Of a stretch of 64,000 nucleotides of DNA, positions 46,761 to 60,750 are shown piece after piece (position 1 is the first letter of the stretch; the number at the start of each line of letters is the position of its first letter). Source of the DNA: the human T2T-CHM13v2.0 reference genome, Homo sapiens; assembly GCF_009914755.1 (NCBI RefSeq), contig NC_060926.1; one strand, 5' to 3'. The notes under the pieces are model-generated. The model had not been told where the DNA came from, searched no databases, and worked only from the letters and a program-made list of their open reading frames with translations. Made by a program: the position numbers and the translations under genes.

Positions 46761-47199
46761 AAGAATAGGAATACTTGATAGCTCTATGTTTTCCAAGTAA
46801 AAATCCTGTGCTTTTTATTTTAGAGTATATAATTTTTTTCCGTAGTATGTGGTTTTAATTTTCACTTTGATTATGGCATACTTTGAAATATAGAAGGTCT
46901 TAATTTTGATGTGGACATATTACCATTTTTGCCACCATGTTTTTTTTGTTTTTTGATGCCATTTAGCAACCCTTCTTCTTTTTAATAACTCCCTGCACTT
47001 TGGGTGTATATTTTGGAGCAGTCCCCCTGGGTGCCGCACCTGCTTCTTCTCATAGGATCAGTGCATCAGAGCAAGACTGGTGGTGCTGAGACACATTGAA
47101 GTGTTTTCATTGCTTCCAGGATGCCAGAGCCAACTGCCATATGGGCGCTTGCCCTCATACATGCAGCATAAATACACAAATGTCATAGGCAGCAGAGTG

Positions 47200-47640
47200 T
47201 AATAGTAGGTACAATTTATTGAGTACTACCATGGACTGGCCAGTACCTAGATTTCATCATAGCCTTTACAGCACTTTTAGCTGATGGATAATTTTATTAC
47301 CCCTATTCTGAGGATAAAGGAACTGAAGACAGAGAAGTTAAATGACTTGGTCAAATGTCATGTGGCTAAGAAGAGGAATAGCCAGGTCTTGGGTGACAGA
47401 GTTCAAGCTGTTACATACCAAACCATATTGGTTTTCATGGTCCAAAAGTTCAGATCTTGACCCAGACATTTGTTACAGGTAAGTCACTTGTTTTGTTTAG
47501 TTTTCTTATTTGAAAAATGGAGATAGTGATCTGTCTGTTATACATCACGAGGTTTTTCTGAGGATCAAACCAAACTAATATAATATGTATGATTGGGCTT
47601 TATAACTTGTACTACATAAATGTGAGGTGATTGCTATTAT
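47200..47640. mobile_element. Two MIR fragments in opposite orientations
   Basis: tttattgagtactac...aactgaagacagagaagttaaatgacttg (-) and gtaagtcactt...tttcttatttgaaaaatggagatag (+). Confidence 0.6.
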
Positions 47641-48299
47641 TACAAAAGCACCAAATATAACTACACAGTAAGGTGACCAAATTATAACAAAGGCACTAAA
47701 ATATATTGTGGTCTGGCTCAAAATCAATACCTGGGAAGGCTGTGTGCTTATTCCAATGATTCTATCTGTCTTCAGTAAACATGTCCTTTTGAGTATTATC
47801 TGTGGAGTAGATTGTGTGCTCTATGTTGATGTAAGTTAAAGTTTAACAAATAGCTAAGTGTTATTTAGAGTCAAGTCTGGTGATCAAGTGAGGGAAAGAT
47901 AGCAGAAAGAAATGAGAAATAACTGAAGTAATGAAATTACCTCCTGTGTAGTGGCTTTTAAATAGGCTCTGAAACCTTTCTCCAAATGTAACTCAAATAT
48001 TGAATCACGGGGAACTGTTTCCCTCCCCAAAAGGCTAGCTTCTCCAACGTCCGTAAAGTTCAGTGCATGGCCACTTAGTCCAACTTCCCTCTCACTGCAG
48101 ACATCTTTCTGATGCAGTCAACCACCCTGCACCTCCGTGTGTGTCTCCAGCCTTGTGGGTAAGTCACCTCAAGAAATAGTCTGCTCCACTGCAGGACAGC
48201 TCTCATATTTGGAATGGGCTACTTTATATTAATGAAAATTTGTACGCTTGCAAGTTCCACAAATGTCCTGAGTAATTTCATGTGAAGAGACATAGAGTA

Positions 48300-48419
48300 A
48301 GATATTTATGTATTTATATTTATTTACAGATACATAAATATATTAAATTAAAAATAAAACTATAAAACTATATATACTCCATATATGTAGATAATATTCT
48401 ATATATAATATGTAGTATT

Positions 48420-48451
<32 letters not shown>

Positions 48452-48475
48452 GTTCCTTTTTTTTTTTTTTTTTTT
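48300..48475. repeat. AT-rich tract, (CA)n and poly(T)
   Basis: Directly visible. Confidence 0.9.
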
Positions 48476-48504
48476 ACATGACAGTCCTTCAAAGAGCTGA
48501 AGGT

Positions 48505-48990
48505 GTTCAGGAAAACTTACGGGAGGCCATTGATTTGGACTAAGCCCCTGCACTAGGCTCCAGCAGATCAACCCAAAATGTAGTCACTTGTGCTAATGTT
48601 CACATCGTCACCAAGTGAAACCTAAGCTGTTCACTCATAAGATCTGACTTCTTGAGAAATCAGGAGAGAGGTAATAGCCAAATCCCCAAACAGGTCAGTT
48701 TTTCCAAAAAACTAAGAGATCCACAGCACCCAATAAAAAAGGGCCTAATCATCCTGAGCTGGCATGCTATGGAGGTCCCCTCTGCTTTAACCCTGCAAGG
48801 AAAGTAACCTGAAGTAATCTGTGATTTATCAATCTGCTTTTTTTCCCCCTTGTTTCTGCTTTCTCCAGCCTTTCTCTGCTTATAAAGTCCACTCCCTATG
48901 CTCAGCAGATAAAATGCTGTCTGATTCATAATTGCTAATAAAAGCCTATTATGTATGTGAACTCAATTTGTTAAAATTTTGTTCTTTGAC
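48505..48990 (+). mobile_element. MER67-like ERV1 LTR
   Basis: gggaggccattgatttggactaagcccctgcactagg...tagccaaatccccaaacagg...ctaataaaagcc...aattttgttctttgac. Confidence 0.6.
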
Positions 48991-49164
48991 CAAAGCAGCC
49001 CAAGTTTTTTCATTATTCAATTGAATATCCTCATCTATCTCACCATTTCTTATGTGACTGTATTCTAGATTTTTCTCTGAACCTGCTTCACTTTAAATGT
49101 CTGGTACCCAGAACTAGACCCCAGTATCATAGCTATGCAGAGGACTATAGAGCACCTTATTTCT

Positions 49165-49977
49165 TATTTTTTTTTTTAAATTATACTTTAAGTTCTGGGA
49201 TACATGTGCAGAATGTGCAGGTTTGTTACATGGGTATGCACATGCCATGGTGGTTTGCTGCACCCATCAACCCGACATCTACATTAGGTATTTCTCCTAA
49301 TACTATCCCTCCCCTAGCCCCCACCCCCTGACAGGTCCTGGTGTGCGATGTTCCCTTCCCTGTGTCTATGTGTCCTCATTGTTCAGCTCCCATTTATGAG
49401 TGAGAACATGTGGTGTTTGGTTTCCTGTTCCTGTGTTAGTTTGCTGAGAATGATGGTTTCCAGCTTCATCCATGTCCCTGCAAAGGACATGAACTCATCC
49501 TTTTATAAGGCTGCATAGTATTCCATGGTGTATATGTGTCACATTTTCTTTATCCAGTCTATCATTGGTGGCATTTGGGTTGGTTCCAAGTCTTTGCTAT
49601 TGTGAATAGTACTTCAATAAACATACGTGTGCATGTATCTTTATAGTAGAATGATTTATAATAATTTGGGTATATATCCAGTAATGGGATTGCTGGGTCA
49701 AATGGTATTTCTGGTTCTAGATCCTTGAAGAATCACCACACTGTCTTCCACAGTGGTTGAACTAATTTATACTCCCACCAACAGTGTAAAAGCATTCCTA
49801 TTTCTCCACATCCTTTCCAGCATCTGTTGTTTCCCGACTTTTTCATGATCACCATTCTAACTGGCATGAGATGGTATCTCATTGTGGCTTTGATTTGCAT
49901 TTCTCTAATGACCAGTAATGATGAGCTTTTTTTCATATGTTTGTTGGCTGCATAAATGTCTTCTTTTGAGAAGAGAC
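49165..49977 (-). mobile_element. L1PA 3' end, about 0.8 kb, 5'-truncated, TSD CACCTTATTTCT
   Basis: ttatactttaagttctgggatacatgtgcagaatgtgcagg...; TSD at 49153-49164 and 49978-49989; ORF 49733..49936 matches the ORF2 C-terminal Cys-rich region. Confidence 0.95.
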
Positions 49978-51034
49978 CACCTTATTTCTATTTATGTCTT
50001 CATTTTGTTGGAAATGACAATTGTCACTTTGCTGGTTCCTCAAAATTAATGGAAAATCATTGGATAGAAAAGAAAATTACAGGAAAAGATAACAAATGCA
50101 AAGACTCAAAGTTGTTGTAGTGCATACATGTGCAACAAATTACTCTAAGTTTGGTGTAATTTTTGTATGTTTGAAATTCCAAATTGGTTAGAAATTGTGG
50201 CTTTCAGGAAAAGTGAATTGCCTGAGGACAATTTAGCTCACACTGGGCAACTATTTCTCCTCCCTCAGCTGTCTTCACTGTGTTGGGCTCTTTTGGATAT
50301 TTTTATCAGGGATAAAAAATATATACATATTTCTTAGATAATGTATATTCTTCTTCTATTGGAAATAGCTCAACAGTGAGTGTGGGATACGAAATAGTTT
50401 GTCTTCAAGATCCTGTGGTCATTCCACGACACTGTTCTTCCCAATTTTACAGTTTGTCTTTTTCCTAAAATTCCAATAGCAACATATACGTCTCTTCTAT
50501 CACAAGGAACTTCATATCAGCTGAAAGAGAAAAAGTAAATTCAATTTTCTATAAAAATTCTGTTTTTTCCACTGCTGTGATGCTTGATCAAAATATCATT
50601 TGCAAAGTGTCTGATCAGTATTAATGTTTAACACATCTGAAGTAAAATAATAGAGAAGGAGACAAATGTGCCCTGATTATAACTTTCCTTTTGGTAAAAG
50701 CCTATTGCAAGAATTATTTAATCTCTAAAATTATTAACTAAAAAAAAAAAAGACTGACTCTGAGTCTAAGAAGAAATGAAATTTTTGCTTGTTTTGTAAA
50801 GAAAATTGCCAGATTAATTCATCATTATGTTATGTACCAATTAAAGTAGATATTAGTTTTAGATATTAATTATGAAGTAGCCAGTGCTACTGTAATTATA
50901 GTTGGCATTTATGTCAGGCATTAAATTATACTCAGTATTGTTTGAGAATAAAAAACAACTAAAATTATATTTAAGAAATATCTTACACAGTATAAGAGAA
51001 AATAAGAGGAATCAGAAATGTCTTTTGGGAGTTT

Positions 51035-51230
51035 GTACAGCTTAGAAATTACGAGCATGGGTTTTGAATTCAGACCTGGCATAAAATCACAACTCTACCA
51101 TTTTCTAGGGAGACCTTGGGCAACATGTCACTCTAAGCTTTAGTTTTCTCAGCGGCATCAGAGGAGGGATAACAACAGAACCCATCTCACTGAATAGTTA
51201 TAAGTCTTTAATAAGAGATTGCATGCCCAA
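51035..51230 (+). mobile_element. MIR fragment
   Basis: gagcatgggttttgaattcagacctgg...accttgggcaa...tagttttctc. Confidence 0.6.
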
Positions 51231-51929
51231 TCCCTAAGCCAACAGAAATCTTTCACGTTGTAGCAAAGATTCCCTCTTTTAAACATTTTTTACTATCCTC
51301 TGCTGGAAAATTTTTATAACTATATAAATCTATAAGGACTGTAATATCCCTTGGAGTTATGTAATGCATAACTTGCCCATTCCAGAAGCTAAACTTCTTG
51401 TAAAGTGCTTGCTGCACAGTACCCAGCCTGTGGCAATTTCCCTGTATGTGCAGGTGACTTCTATTGTTCAATTCTGGGCCTCCCCAGTCATAGGTCATTG
51501 GACTAGATAGGCCTTTGTCTCCAGTCATGGCTTGGGTGGCACTTTTGTTGCAGATGAACAAAGAGGTTTGCTGTAGTCGTAGAAAGGGAAGAATAGCTGG
51601 AAAGAGTGAATCACGATAATCACTGTAGTGTGCAGTGTTTATTTAAGATGAGAAGATAGGGACAGTGATGAGAATCTTTGCCTTCATTACCACATGGGAT
51701 TTTAAGATAAAAAACATACAGAACTTGAACATTTAATTATTGGAAAGTGAACAGAAACAGGAAACTGAAAATGCTTTTGGAAAATTTTATTTAAATTATA
51801 ATGGGTTGTCAAGGGAAACTAATGGGCCTGAATTATCAGACAATAGGAACATTTTCGTTTAGTGCTGCCAAGCATATTATATGTCAGGAATGGTGCTAAG
51901 TGCTTTCCATACAAGGTATGCATTATCTT

Positions 51930-52810
51930 ACTTGCACCCATAACCTGTTTTTCCTCAAGTCTTCTTCTCAGTAAATGGCCATATTATCCACTAAAGCAGG
52001 ATTTGGGGTGCAGCCTAGAATTCTCTCTTTCATTTACCCCTGGTACCCAATCTTTCATCAAGTTCTGTTTATCCTGTACCCAAAAGACCTGCCTGTCTTA
52101 TATTCAAAATACTGTATATGAAAAACATGAGCATCTCTCTCCTCCGGTGCTACTGTCCTAGCTCATGGCCCTACCTTCTCTTTCTAATCTGATATGATTT
52201 GCCTCCTAACTCATCTTTCCACTGTTATTCTTGCTCCTCTGCTGTTCATACTCCAGACAGAAGCTACATTATTAAAAAATGTAAGTCAGATAAAGTCATT
52301 CTCAGGCTTGATACTTCTTACAGCCTTGTTTTGCCCTTACAATAAAATGCATACTCTTCTAGGATCTAAAGGCCTGCATGGTCTGACTTTGACTCCTTTC
52401 TATAACTCACCTCGTGCTTCTTCTCCTTGCCCCCTGCTCTTCAGTACCCTGGACCTTGTCTGGAACTCACTATTCCTAGGGCCTTGGTGTACACCATTCT
52501 CCCTGCCTGAATCTGTCTTTCCTCAGTGATGCCTCCTCACACCTAAGGTTTCAGATTCAATGACATCTAAGAGGATTTTCATGACCCTACTATCTAAAGT
52601 AGTCCTTCCAATTATTTTCTATCAAAACCTTTTAGAATTTTGTTCAGAGCATTACAGCATTTATTTGTTGCCTTTTTCTTTATGTATTTCCCATCTGGAA
52701 GGTAAATTCCTAAAAGATAGGGATCTTGTGTCTGCACCTAAGCTCCTAGCAGGGCGCCTGGTGTAGAGGATGCAACTTGTGTCTATTTGTAGAATTAATA
52801 AATGAGCATT
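51930..52810 (+). mobile_element. L2 LINE fragment
   Basis: tctcagtaaatggc...aaatgtaagtcagata...aaggcctgcatggtctg...tatttgtagaattaataaatga. Confidence 0.7.
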
Positions 52811-52842
52811 TCTTTATAACTTTCTTGTAACATAAATATTAC

Positions 52843-53298
52843 TATACTGATGCCAAGGGATTGGTCTAGGTCTTGTTGCTTGCCACACAGGAAGCCAATC
52901 ACGGAGACAGTGAGTATCGCCAGGGAAGAAAAACTTTAATTGGAAGACATTAGCTGAGAAGACCAGAGAAAAGCCTTAAATCTGTCTCCTCAACTAACTA
53001 AAATTTGGAGTTTATATAGTGGGGAAGGAATGTAGCTATGCAGGAAAACAGGAATTAGTGAGAGGTAAGGAAGCAATCATGACAAATGAGGGGTTTGGCA
53101 TTTCATTGTCTGGATGTGGTGATCTGGTGAGTTTCAGTTCCTTTATACTATCTGGGAGGCCAGAGGGTCAGTTTCCTGAAAAAGGGACTCAGATAAGACA
53201 AATATAAATTTCAAGCTTTAAGACTAGGAGGGTCAATTACAATGTTGATTCAAAAAGACCTTAAATATCAGCTGTATGGGACAATTTGGCTGGTTTTA
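52843..53298 (-). mobile_element. LTR8-family ERV1 LTR
   Basis: ggtctaggtcttgttgct...gaagccaatcacggagacagtgagtatcgccagggaagaa...ctcagataagacaaat...tatgggacaatttggctggttt. Confidence 0.6.
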
Positions 53299-53869
53299 TC
53301 ATGTTCCCAATTTTGCAAATGAGAACTTAGAGAGACTAGCAAGTGAAGGTCCAGGAAGCATCGGTCTGACTTTTCAAACTTTTAAGCTTTTATCCACGAT
53401 TCTGTTTTTCATAAATAACTTGGTGATGGTGGTGGTGTGTATCTGTATGCATGCTTGTGTTTTAGTGTATGTGTTTCATAGAGAGTCACCAGAGAAAATA
53501 ACACTAGTTTGCCACATTATTAACTATAGAATGACCTGACATTTTGACATTTATCCCCCAAATGGAATTAAATATAACTAAAATATACATTTATATGAAA
53601 TAAAATTATATAAAGGCTGAGATTAAACCCCATGCATTTTTACAAAGGAATCCTGAGGGAATCAGACTCTGTGGCATTTTTCATCCTTTAGGCAATCTTG
53701 AAATCCGAGTCTAATTTTTACAAACCTTAAGGTTTCAGTTATTTTGATGTGTTTATCTCTTTTAGTAGTGCACTTATTTCTAGGTAGTTTTGGTTGTTGT
53801 TATTTGCTTTAATAAGTATCTTTTCATTTCACTTATGCACTATTTTATCTCAAAATGCAGCCTTTTTCT

Positions 53870-53995
53870 TAATATCTTCCTCCTTTCCTTCTTTCCTTTT
53901 TTCTTTCTTCCTTTCCTCTCTTCTTCCTTTCCTCTCTTCTTCCTTCCATCCTTCCTTCCTTCTTCTATCTCTCCTTTCTTCCTTTCTTCTTTCTA
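53870..53995. repeat. CT-rich low-complexity tract
   Basis: Directly visible (TTCC/TTTC)-like tract. Confidence 0.9.
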
Positions 53996-54438
53996 GAATA
54001 ATAGATGGAGCATGTGCTGTGTGCTAGTCTGTTAGGTATAAGATGCCAGACATGCCTGAAAGTATTGATGTATTTGGTGTTCTTTTTGTTGTAGCTGCTG
54101 CTGCAGTGGAGTATCCAAGGCTCTCCTCCTCTAATGCAAAAACATTCACAGGTGATACTAACAAGGTGCATTTTTTTCATATAAAGGCCAAAACTGTTTT
54201 CTGACTTTGTCAATACAAAAATCTATATTATGAAATATTTGATTTATATGAGAAAAAGTTTGTGGTCCTAAGGATTCTGGGAAGGAGTGAGTGATGATAT
54301 TGATTCATCCAGCTTGGTTTACCTGTTCTAACTTGCAAAGATAGAAAATACCTCCAATTCTACTAGCAGTAAGGAGGAAAATAGTCCTGACTAACTGCAG
54401 TAGAATTACAAATCCATTGTTAAAGTTTCAAATATGTA

Positions 54439-56414
54439 CAGGCATACCTCAGAAATATTGGGGATTGGGTTCCAGAACATGACAGCGAAGCAAATTTTGC
54501 AATAAAGGAAGTCACATGAATTTTTTTGGTTTCCCAGTACATGCAAAAGTTATGTTTACACTATACTATAGTCTTTGAGGTGTGAAATAATATTATCTAT
54601 AAAAACAATGCATGTATCTTAATTAATAAACACTTTAATGCTAAAAATGCGAACAATCATCTGAGTCTTCAGCAAGTTTTTATCTTTTTGCTGGTGGAGG
54701 ATCTTGCCTCAATGGTCATGGCTGCTGACTAACCAGGGTGGCTGTTGCTAAAGATTGGGACAGCTGTGGCAATTTATTAAAAAGACAACAATGAAGTTTG
54801 ACAAATGGATTGACTCTTCCTTTCACAAAAGATTTCTCTAGAGCATGTCATGCTGTTTGATAGCATTTTACCCACAGTTGAACTTCTTTCAAAATTGGAG
54901 TCAATTCACTCAAATAATGTTGTTGCTTTATCAATTAAGTTTACATAATATTCTATATCTTTTGATATCTCCTGTGAACATATCAACAATATTAACAATA
55001 CCTTCATCCAGAGTAGCTTCCAGCTCGAGAAAATTTGCTTTGCACATTCATAAGAAGCAACTTCTCATCTGTTAAAGCTTTATCATGAGATTGCAACAAT
55101 CAATTCGCATATTTAGACTCTACTTCTAATTTTAGTTCTCTTGATATTTCTACCCCATCTGCAATTACTTCTTCCACTGAAGTCTTTATCACCTCAAAGT
55201 CATCCATGAGGGTTGGAATCAACTTCTTCCAAACTCCTGTTAATGTTGATATTTTTACCTCCTCCCACGTATTGCAAATGTTCTTAATGGCATCTAGAAT
55301 GGTGAATCCTTTCCATAAGGTTTTCAATTTACTTTGCTCAGATCCATGAGAGGAATACCTATGTATGGCAGCTATAGCCTTATAAAATGTGTTTCTTATG
55401 TAATATGACTTGCAAGTTGAAATTACTCCTTGATCCATGGACTGCAGAATGGATCTTCTGTTAGCAGGCATGAAAACAACATTAATCTCCTTGTAGACCT
55501 CTATTGATGCTCTTGGGTGACGAGGTGCATTGTCAATGAGCAGTAATATTTTAAAAAGAATCTTTTTTTTCCTGAGTAGTAGGTCTCAACAGTGAGCTTA
55601 AAATGTCCAGTAAACTGATGTAAACAGACGTGCTGTCATCTGAGCTTTGTTGTTCCATTTATAGGGCACAGGCGGAATTTATTTAGCATCATTCTTATGA
55701 GCTCTGGGATTTTCCAAATGATAAATGAATATTGGCTTCAACTTAAAGTTACCAGCTGCGTTAGCCCCAAATAAGAGAAACAGCTTGTCCTTTGAAGATT
55801 TGAAGCCAGGAATTTGACTCCTCCTTTCTAGCTATATACATCCTAGATAGCATCTTCTTCTAAGAGATGGCTGGTTTTTTTTTCCACTGAAAATATGTTG
55901 TTTAGTGTAGCCACTCTCATCAACGATCTCAGCTGAATCTTCTGGAAAACTTGCTGCTCCTTCTCCATCAGCATTTGCTGCTCCGCCTTGTACATTTATG
56001 TTATAAAGATGGCTTCTTTCCTTAAATCTAGTGAACCAAACTCGGCTGGCTATAAACTTTTCTCCGGCAGCTTCTTCACCTCTCTCAGCCTTCACAGAAT
56101 TGAAGAGAGTTAGGACTTTGTTCTGGATTAGGCTTTGGCTTAAGGAAATGTGTAGCGGGTTTCATCTATCCAAACCACTAACACTTTCACCACATCAGCA
56201 ATAGCCTGTTTCACTTTCTTATTATTCGTGTATTCACTGAAGTAACACTTTTAATTTCCGTCACAAACTTTTCCTTTACATTCACATTTTGGCTTAGCGT
56301 TTGGCCTGTCTTATCTTTTGACATGCCTTCCTCACTAATCTTAATCATTGCTAGCTTTTGATTTAAAGGGAGAGACATGACCCTTTCTTTCACTCAAATA
56401 CTGATTGGCCATTG

Positions 56415-56457
<43 letters not shown>

Positions 56458-57120
56458 ATTATTATTATTATTTGAGATGGAGTCTCGCTCTGTTACCTAG
56501 GGTGGAGTGCAGTGATGTGATCTCAGCTCACTGCAACCTCCACCTCCTGGGTTCCCATCTCCCATGCCTGGCTAATTTTTGTATTTTTAGTAGAGACAGG
56601 GCTTTGCCATATTGGCCAGGCTGGTCTCAAACTCCTGACCTCAGGCTATCTGCCTGCCTTGGCCTCCCAAAGTGCTTGGATTACAGGAGTGAGTCACTGC
56701 ACTCAGCTCCATTGTAGGATTATTAACTGGACTGATTTCAATATTGTGTCTCCGGGACTAGAAAGGGGTTGAGGAGAGGGAGAGAGACAGGAAATAGCTG
56801 GTTGAATACACACAAGATTTATCAGTTAAGTTTGCTGTCTTGTATGGGCACAGTTCATGGATCCCCAAAACAATTACAATAGTAGTGTCAAAAGTCACTG
56901 ATCACAAATCATCATAACAGATATAATAATGATAAGAAAGCTTAAAATATTGCAAGAATTATTACAATGTGACACAGAGACACCAGATGAGCATATGCTA
57001 ATGAAAAAATGACACCCATGGATTTGCTCAATGCAGGGGTGCCACAAACCTTCAATTTGTAAAAAACACAGTACCTGTGAAGTACAATAAAGTGAAGCAC
57101 AGTGATAGGAGGTGTGCCCG
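54439..57120 (-). mobile_element. Near full-length Tigger1 DNA transposon with decayed transposase
   Basis: TA|caggcatacctc ... gaggtgtgcccg|TA termini; minus-strand ORFs 56211..56393 (psq HTH), 55832..56095 ([16 protein letters not shown]) and 55100..55471 (DDE region, QSMDQGVI). Confidence 0.93.
56421..56708 (-). mobile_element. AluS with internal deletion inside Tigger1; tail is (GAT)n(TAT)n
   Basis: TSD CCATTGTAGGAT at 56409-56420 and 56709-56720. Confidence 0.92.
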
Positions 57121-58949
57121 TATTTGCACCATTCCATTCAGGAGCACACACCTTAATCATCTGAGAGGGACCATGGGGGTCATTTTGAGCATAAGTTCAT
57201 CTTAAGCAGAAAGATGAATGTCAGAATCCACTTCTATGAGTAGTGTGTGTCTTTTAGTTAATATTTAGGAAAATATATTCAACTCTGAGCAGGGCTTATG
57301 CTGAAATCAGAGTTTGGAAAGAGAGTGTTTTAAGGCAGATGTCTGCAGAATGGCAATGGGAGGTTGTTGCAGCCCAGTTACAAGATGACCTAACTGCAGT
57401 GGGTGTAAGGTGGAATTGCAGACACATCATGATGCTGGCCAGCAACAAGGAGACCTTATCTATAGGCCTAGACCTCCTTTAATATTTCTGAGTGACCTCA
57501 TTTAGTTAATACCTTTTGTGGATATCTTTAAATGAGGACAATAATCTCTTCATCTCTAATCTGCTTCATGAAGACATGAGATGCTGATTGAGAAAGTGCT
57601 TTTTTTTGTTTGGTGAGAAGTGTGTTAACTTCTTTAAATCTCGGTTTCCTGATTTGTAAAACGAGGACTGCACAGTATTTTATAAGATAAAGGGTGCAAA
57701 ACATTTAAAATTCCTTGTCTCATGCTAAGTGCTCGCTACATATTAAGCATATACATTTCTTACCTTGCCTCTCTCAACTTCTTTGCTCTTTTCCCACAAA
57801 GATAACTAAACATGTAATTGTTGACCATGTCCCAGCTTGAAATGACCTGGATGATTAAGGCTTGCCCTGGGGTTCCTGTTCAGGAGTCCACTTCTGGATA
57901 ATGGTGCACAGCAGTACTAATTCGGTTGTAATGTCCAGGACTCCAGTTCATAGGGAACTCAATATCATCTCACCTGCCCTTGGAAAGTAAGCTCCAGAGA
58001 TCTGTTCTATTACCTCCCTTTATCAACAAAACATGCCAGATTCAGTGCCACGAGCCAGTAAAGCAATCGGATTTGCTGGAACTTTGCCTTTCTAGGAGCA
58101 CTTTCATTTTGCTTCAATTGTGTATAGGAAAATTCCCAAGGAGAAGACCACCTTGCTTGCCCCAGTGTCTGATAGCTACTGGGGAAAGTGTTTAGAGTTT
58201 AGAATCGGTTTAGCTTCCAACTCCCAGCTCAGCCTCTGAGGCATGGTGTTTCCTGGGCATATCACTGTCTTCTTTCTGGGCTTCAGTTTCTCCAGCTGAA
58301 AAATAATAAAGTCAGAGCAGTGTAATCACCTCCTCATATGCAATAACCCTCCCCAAAGACCTTAGCTCAGGACTAGCTCCAGGACAGCGACTGGGGCAGG
58401 AGGGGGATGAAATGTACTGGGGGCTGCAGAGGAAAGGCAGAGCAATGGAGGAATTAGAACTTTCGTTTGCTTCCTCCTTAGCTTGCAGGGCTGATTTTTT
58501 TATTGTTTTGTTTCATCAAAGAAAGCAGTGAGTCTAGGAGCTAACTGGGCTGTTTTATGACTTTTTGAGACTCTGGGTCCCAGGGAAGCTGCTTCAGGAC
58601 CACACTGAAAAGTAGGACACAGAGTCGGATGACAGCCCCTCCCAATCCCTTCCTCCAGGTTCTAGAATGCAGCTCTGACACCTGGAGAGCCCAGGAAGCC
58701 CGGGAAGTCCCTGGTAGATGGTGCCAGCAGCCAAGAGAGGTGTTTGCTTCCCTGAAAAGGGACGATTGGAACTACCCTAAGCACATGTGAAACATCCCTG
58801 AAGAAACTAAAATAAATATAGAAGGCTTTGAGTCAGGATTCTAATATAATTCAGGTGGAAATTCACAAACATTGTAACCTAGGAACTGGTGTTATCGTCT
58901 CTTACTTGTGTACACCTGCTGGTGAGGCCTGGAAATATTCAGGGTACAA

Positions 58950-60750
58950 TTTTTAAAATATTTTATTTTGAATAATTGGAAACAGGCACACAAACAGAAT
59001 AATATAATGAACCTGCCTCCCTCATACCTCTCTCATATTTAACAGTTAGCAGTGAAGGGTTAACCTTGTTTTATCTATACCCTCATGTGTTTCATTGCCT
59101 CCAAGTCATCTTAAAAGCAAATCCAGACATCATATTATTTATTTTTAAATATTTCTGCATATATATGTGAGTGTGTCTATATGTATATACAAACAAATCC
59201 AGACATCATATTATTTGTTTTTAAATATTACTGTATATATGTATAAATGTATATATGTATATATGCACATATATATGTAAAAATAAAGACTATATTTTCA
59301 ATATACCCATAATACTAGAATTGTAGATTTAGCAGATGAAAAACACAGGATATATTGCATGAAATGTACTTATACAAGAAACTTACATGTTGTTTATTTG
59401 AAATTCGAGTTTAACTGAATATTCTATATTGGATCTATAATGCCTATAAAATACTTTTACTTTAAGAAATAACAATAATTCCCCAATGTCATCAAATATG
59501 CAGTCAATATTCTAATTTCTCATTGTCTCATAATTGATATAAATATTTTGTTTTGCTTATAGATTGTTTTACTCATGATCCAGTGAAGGCCCACACATTA
59601 CAATTGGTTGATTGAATTTTTAAGTCTTTTTTAATCTGTAGATTCACTACCCATCACTATTTTTTTCCTTTGCAATTTATTTTTTGATGAAACCAGACCA
59701 TTTGTCCTATGGTTTCCTATTTATTGATTAGATTACCCTGTGATATGTTAAACATAGTTCTCAATTTCATGGCTTCTTTTATAAACCTGCAGCTGGGTTT
59801 AGAGGATTAAAATTTAGATTTGAACGTTTATTTTTTTCTAAGAACCTTTCATAAGAGGTGTTGTGTTTTTCATCTGGAGGTGCATAATGTCTGCTGACTG
59901 TTTTGTTGTTAGCAGCTTTGAAAAATAATGCCTAGATTCATTAATTAATTAGGAGTTGTAAAATGGTGATACTTTAATTTTTAATTCTATTATTACTTTT
60001 CCATTATTAGTTGAACTATTCCTATGAAGAGAAATAATGATACTACCATGTACCAATATGGATGATAAATTTAAAAAAAAAATTTTTTTTAGATTTTTTT
60101 CCCTTAAGGTATATCCCACTAGGAAAGTTCAGACAAATTCTTATGTTTTAAAGTTGCATGAAATACTTTCTTGTTAAACACACATTTATCCTACCAACTG
60201 GAATCATATTTAGTTCACTCATTCTTTTTAAAAAATATTTAGGGTTAAAATTTTATAAATTTAACTTTTTATTATTATGCAAAGTGTTCTCATTGCTTCA
60301 AAATCTAATCTACAAAGCAAGGTATATTCAAGGAAGTCTATGTTTCGTTCCTCTTGCCTCTTTCATTCTACTTTTGTCTTTCTTTCTCCTGTTGTAGGTC
60401 ATTTTAAAAAATTTATAGTTTATTTTAACACATGTGAACAGATACATCAATATCTTTCTGTCTTTAAGTTACTATTAGAATACTATTCACATGGTTTCTT
60501 ACCTTTTGTATCAATACTTTCCTTTAAAATAGTTTTTGGAGATCACTACCTAACAAGAACTGCAGATATTTCTCGTTTTCTTCCTGTAATACGACTGGTT
60601 TGTTCAATTAGTGCCATTTTGATAGACAAAGATGGAAACTTGTTTCCAGGCTTTTGTTCTCACAGACAGTTCTGTAATAAAGACAGGCTACATAGTTCAG
60701 CAATGCTAAGGTCCATTAGGATAAGTCCTTGAAATATTGAACCGCTAATT
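58950..60750 (-). mobile_element. L1MC-like 3' fragment containing a MER33-like hAT insert (about 59316-59438)
   Basis: ttttattttgaataatt...aagcaaatccagacatcatatt...atgtcatcaaatatgcagtcaatattc; agatttagcaga...tttatttgaaattcgagtttaactg is MER33-like. Confidence 0.65.

Noticed and set aside
55100-56393. A domesticated TIGD-like gene
   Set aside because: The transposase is split by frameshifts and stops, and both transposon termini are retained.
60158-60732. 151-aa and 79-aa hydrophobic ORFs
   Set aside because: T-rich antisense L1MC-like sequence yields Phe/Leu-rich chance ORFs.
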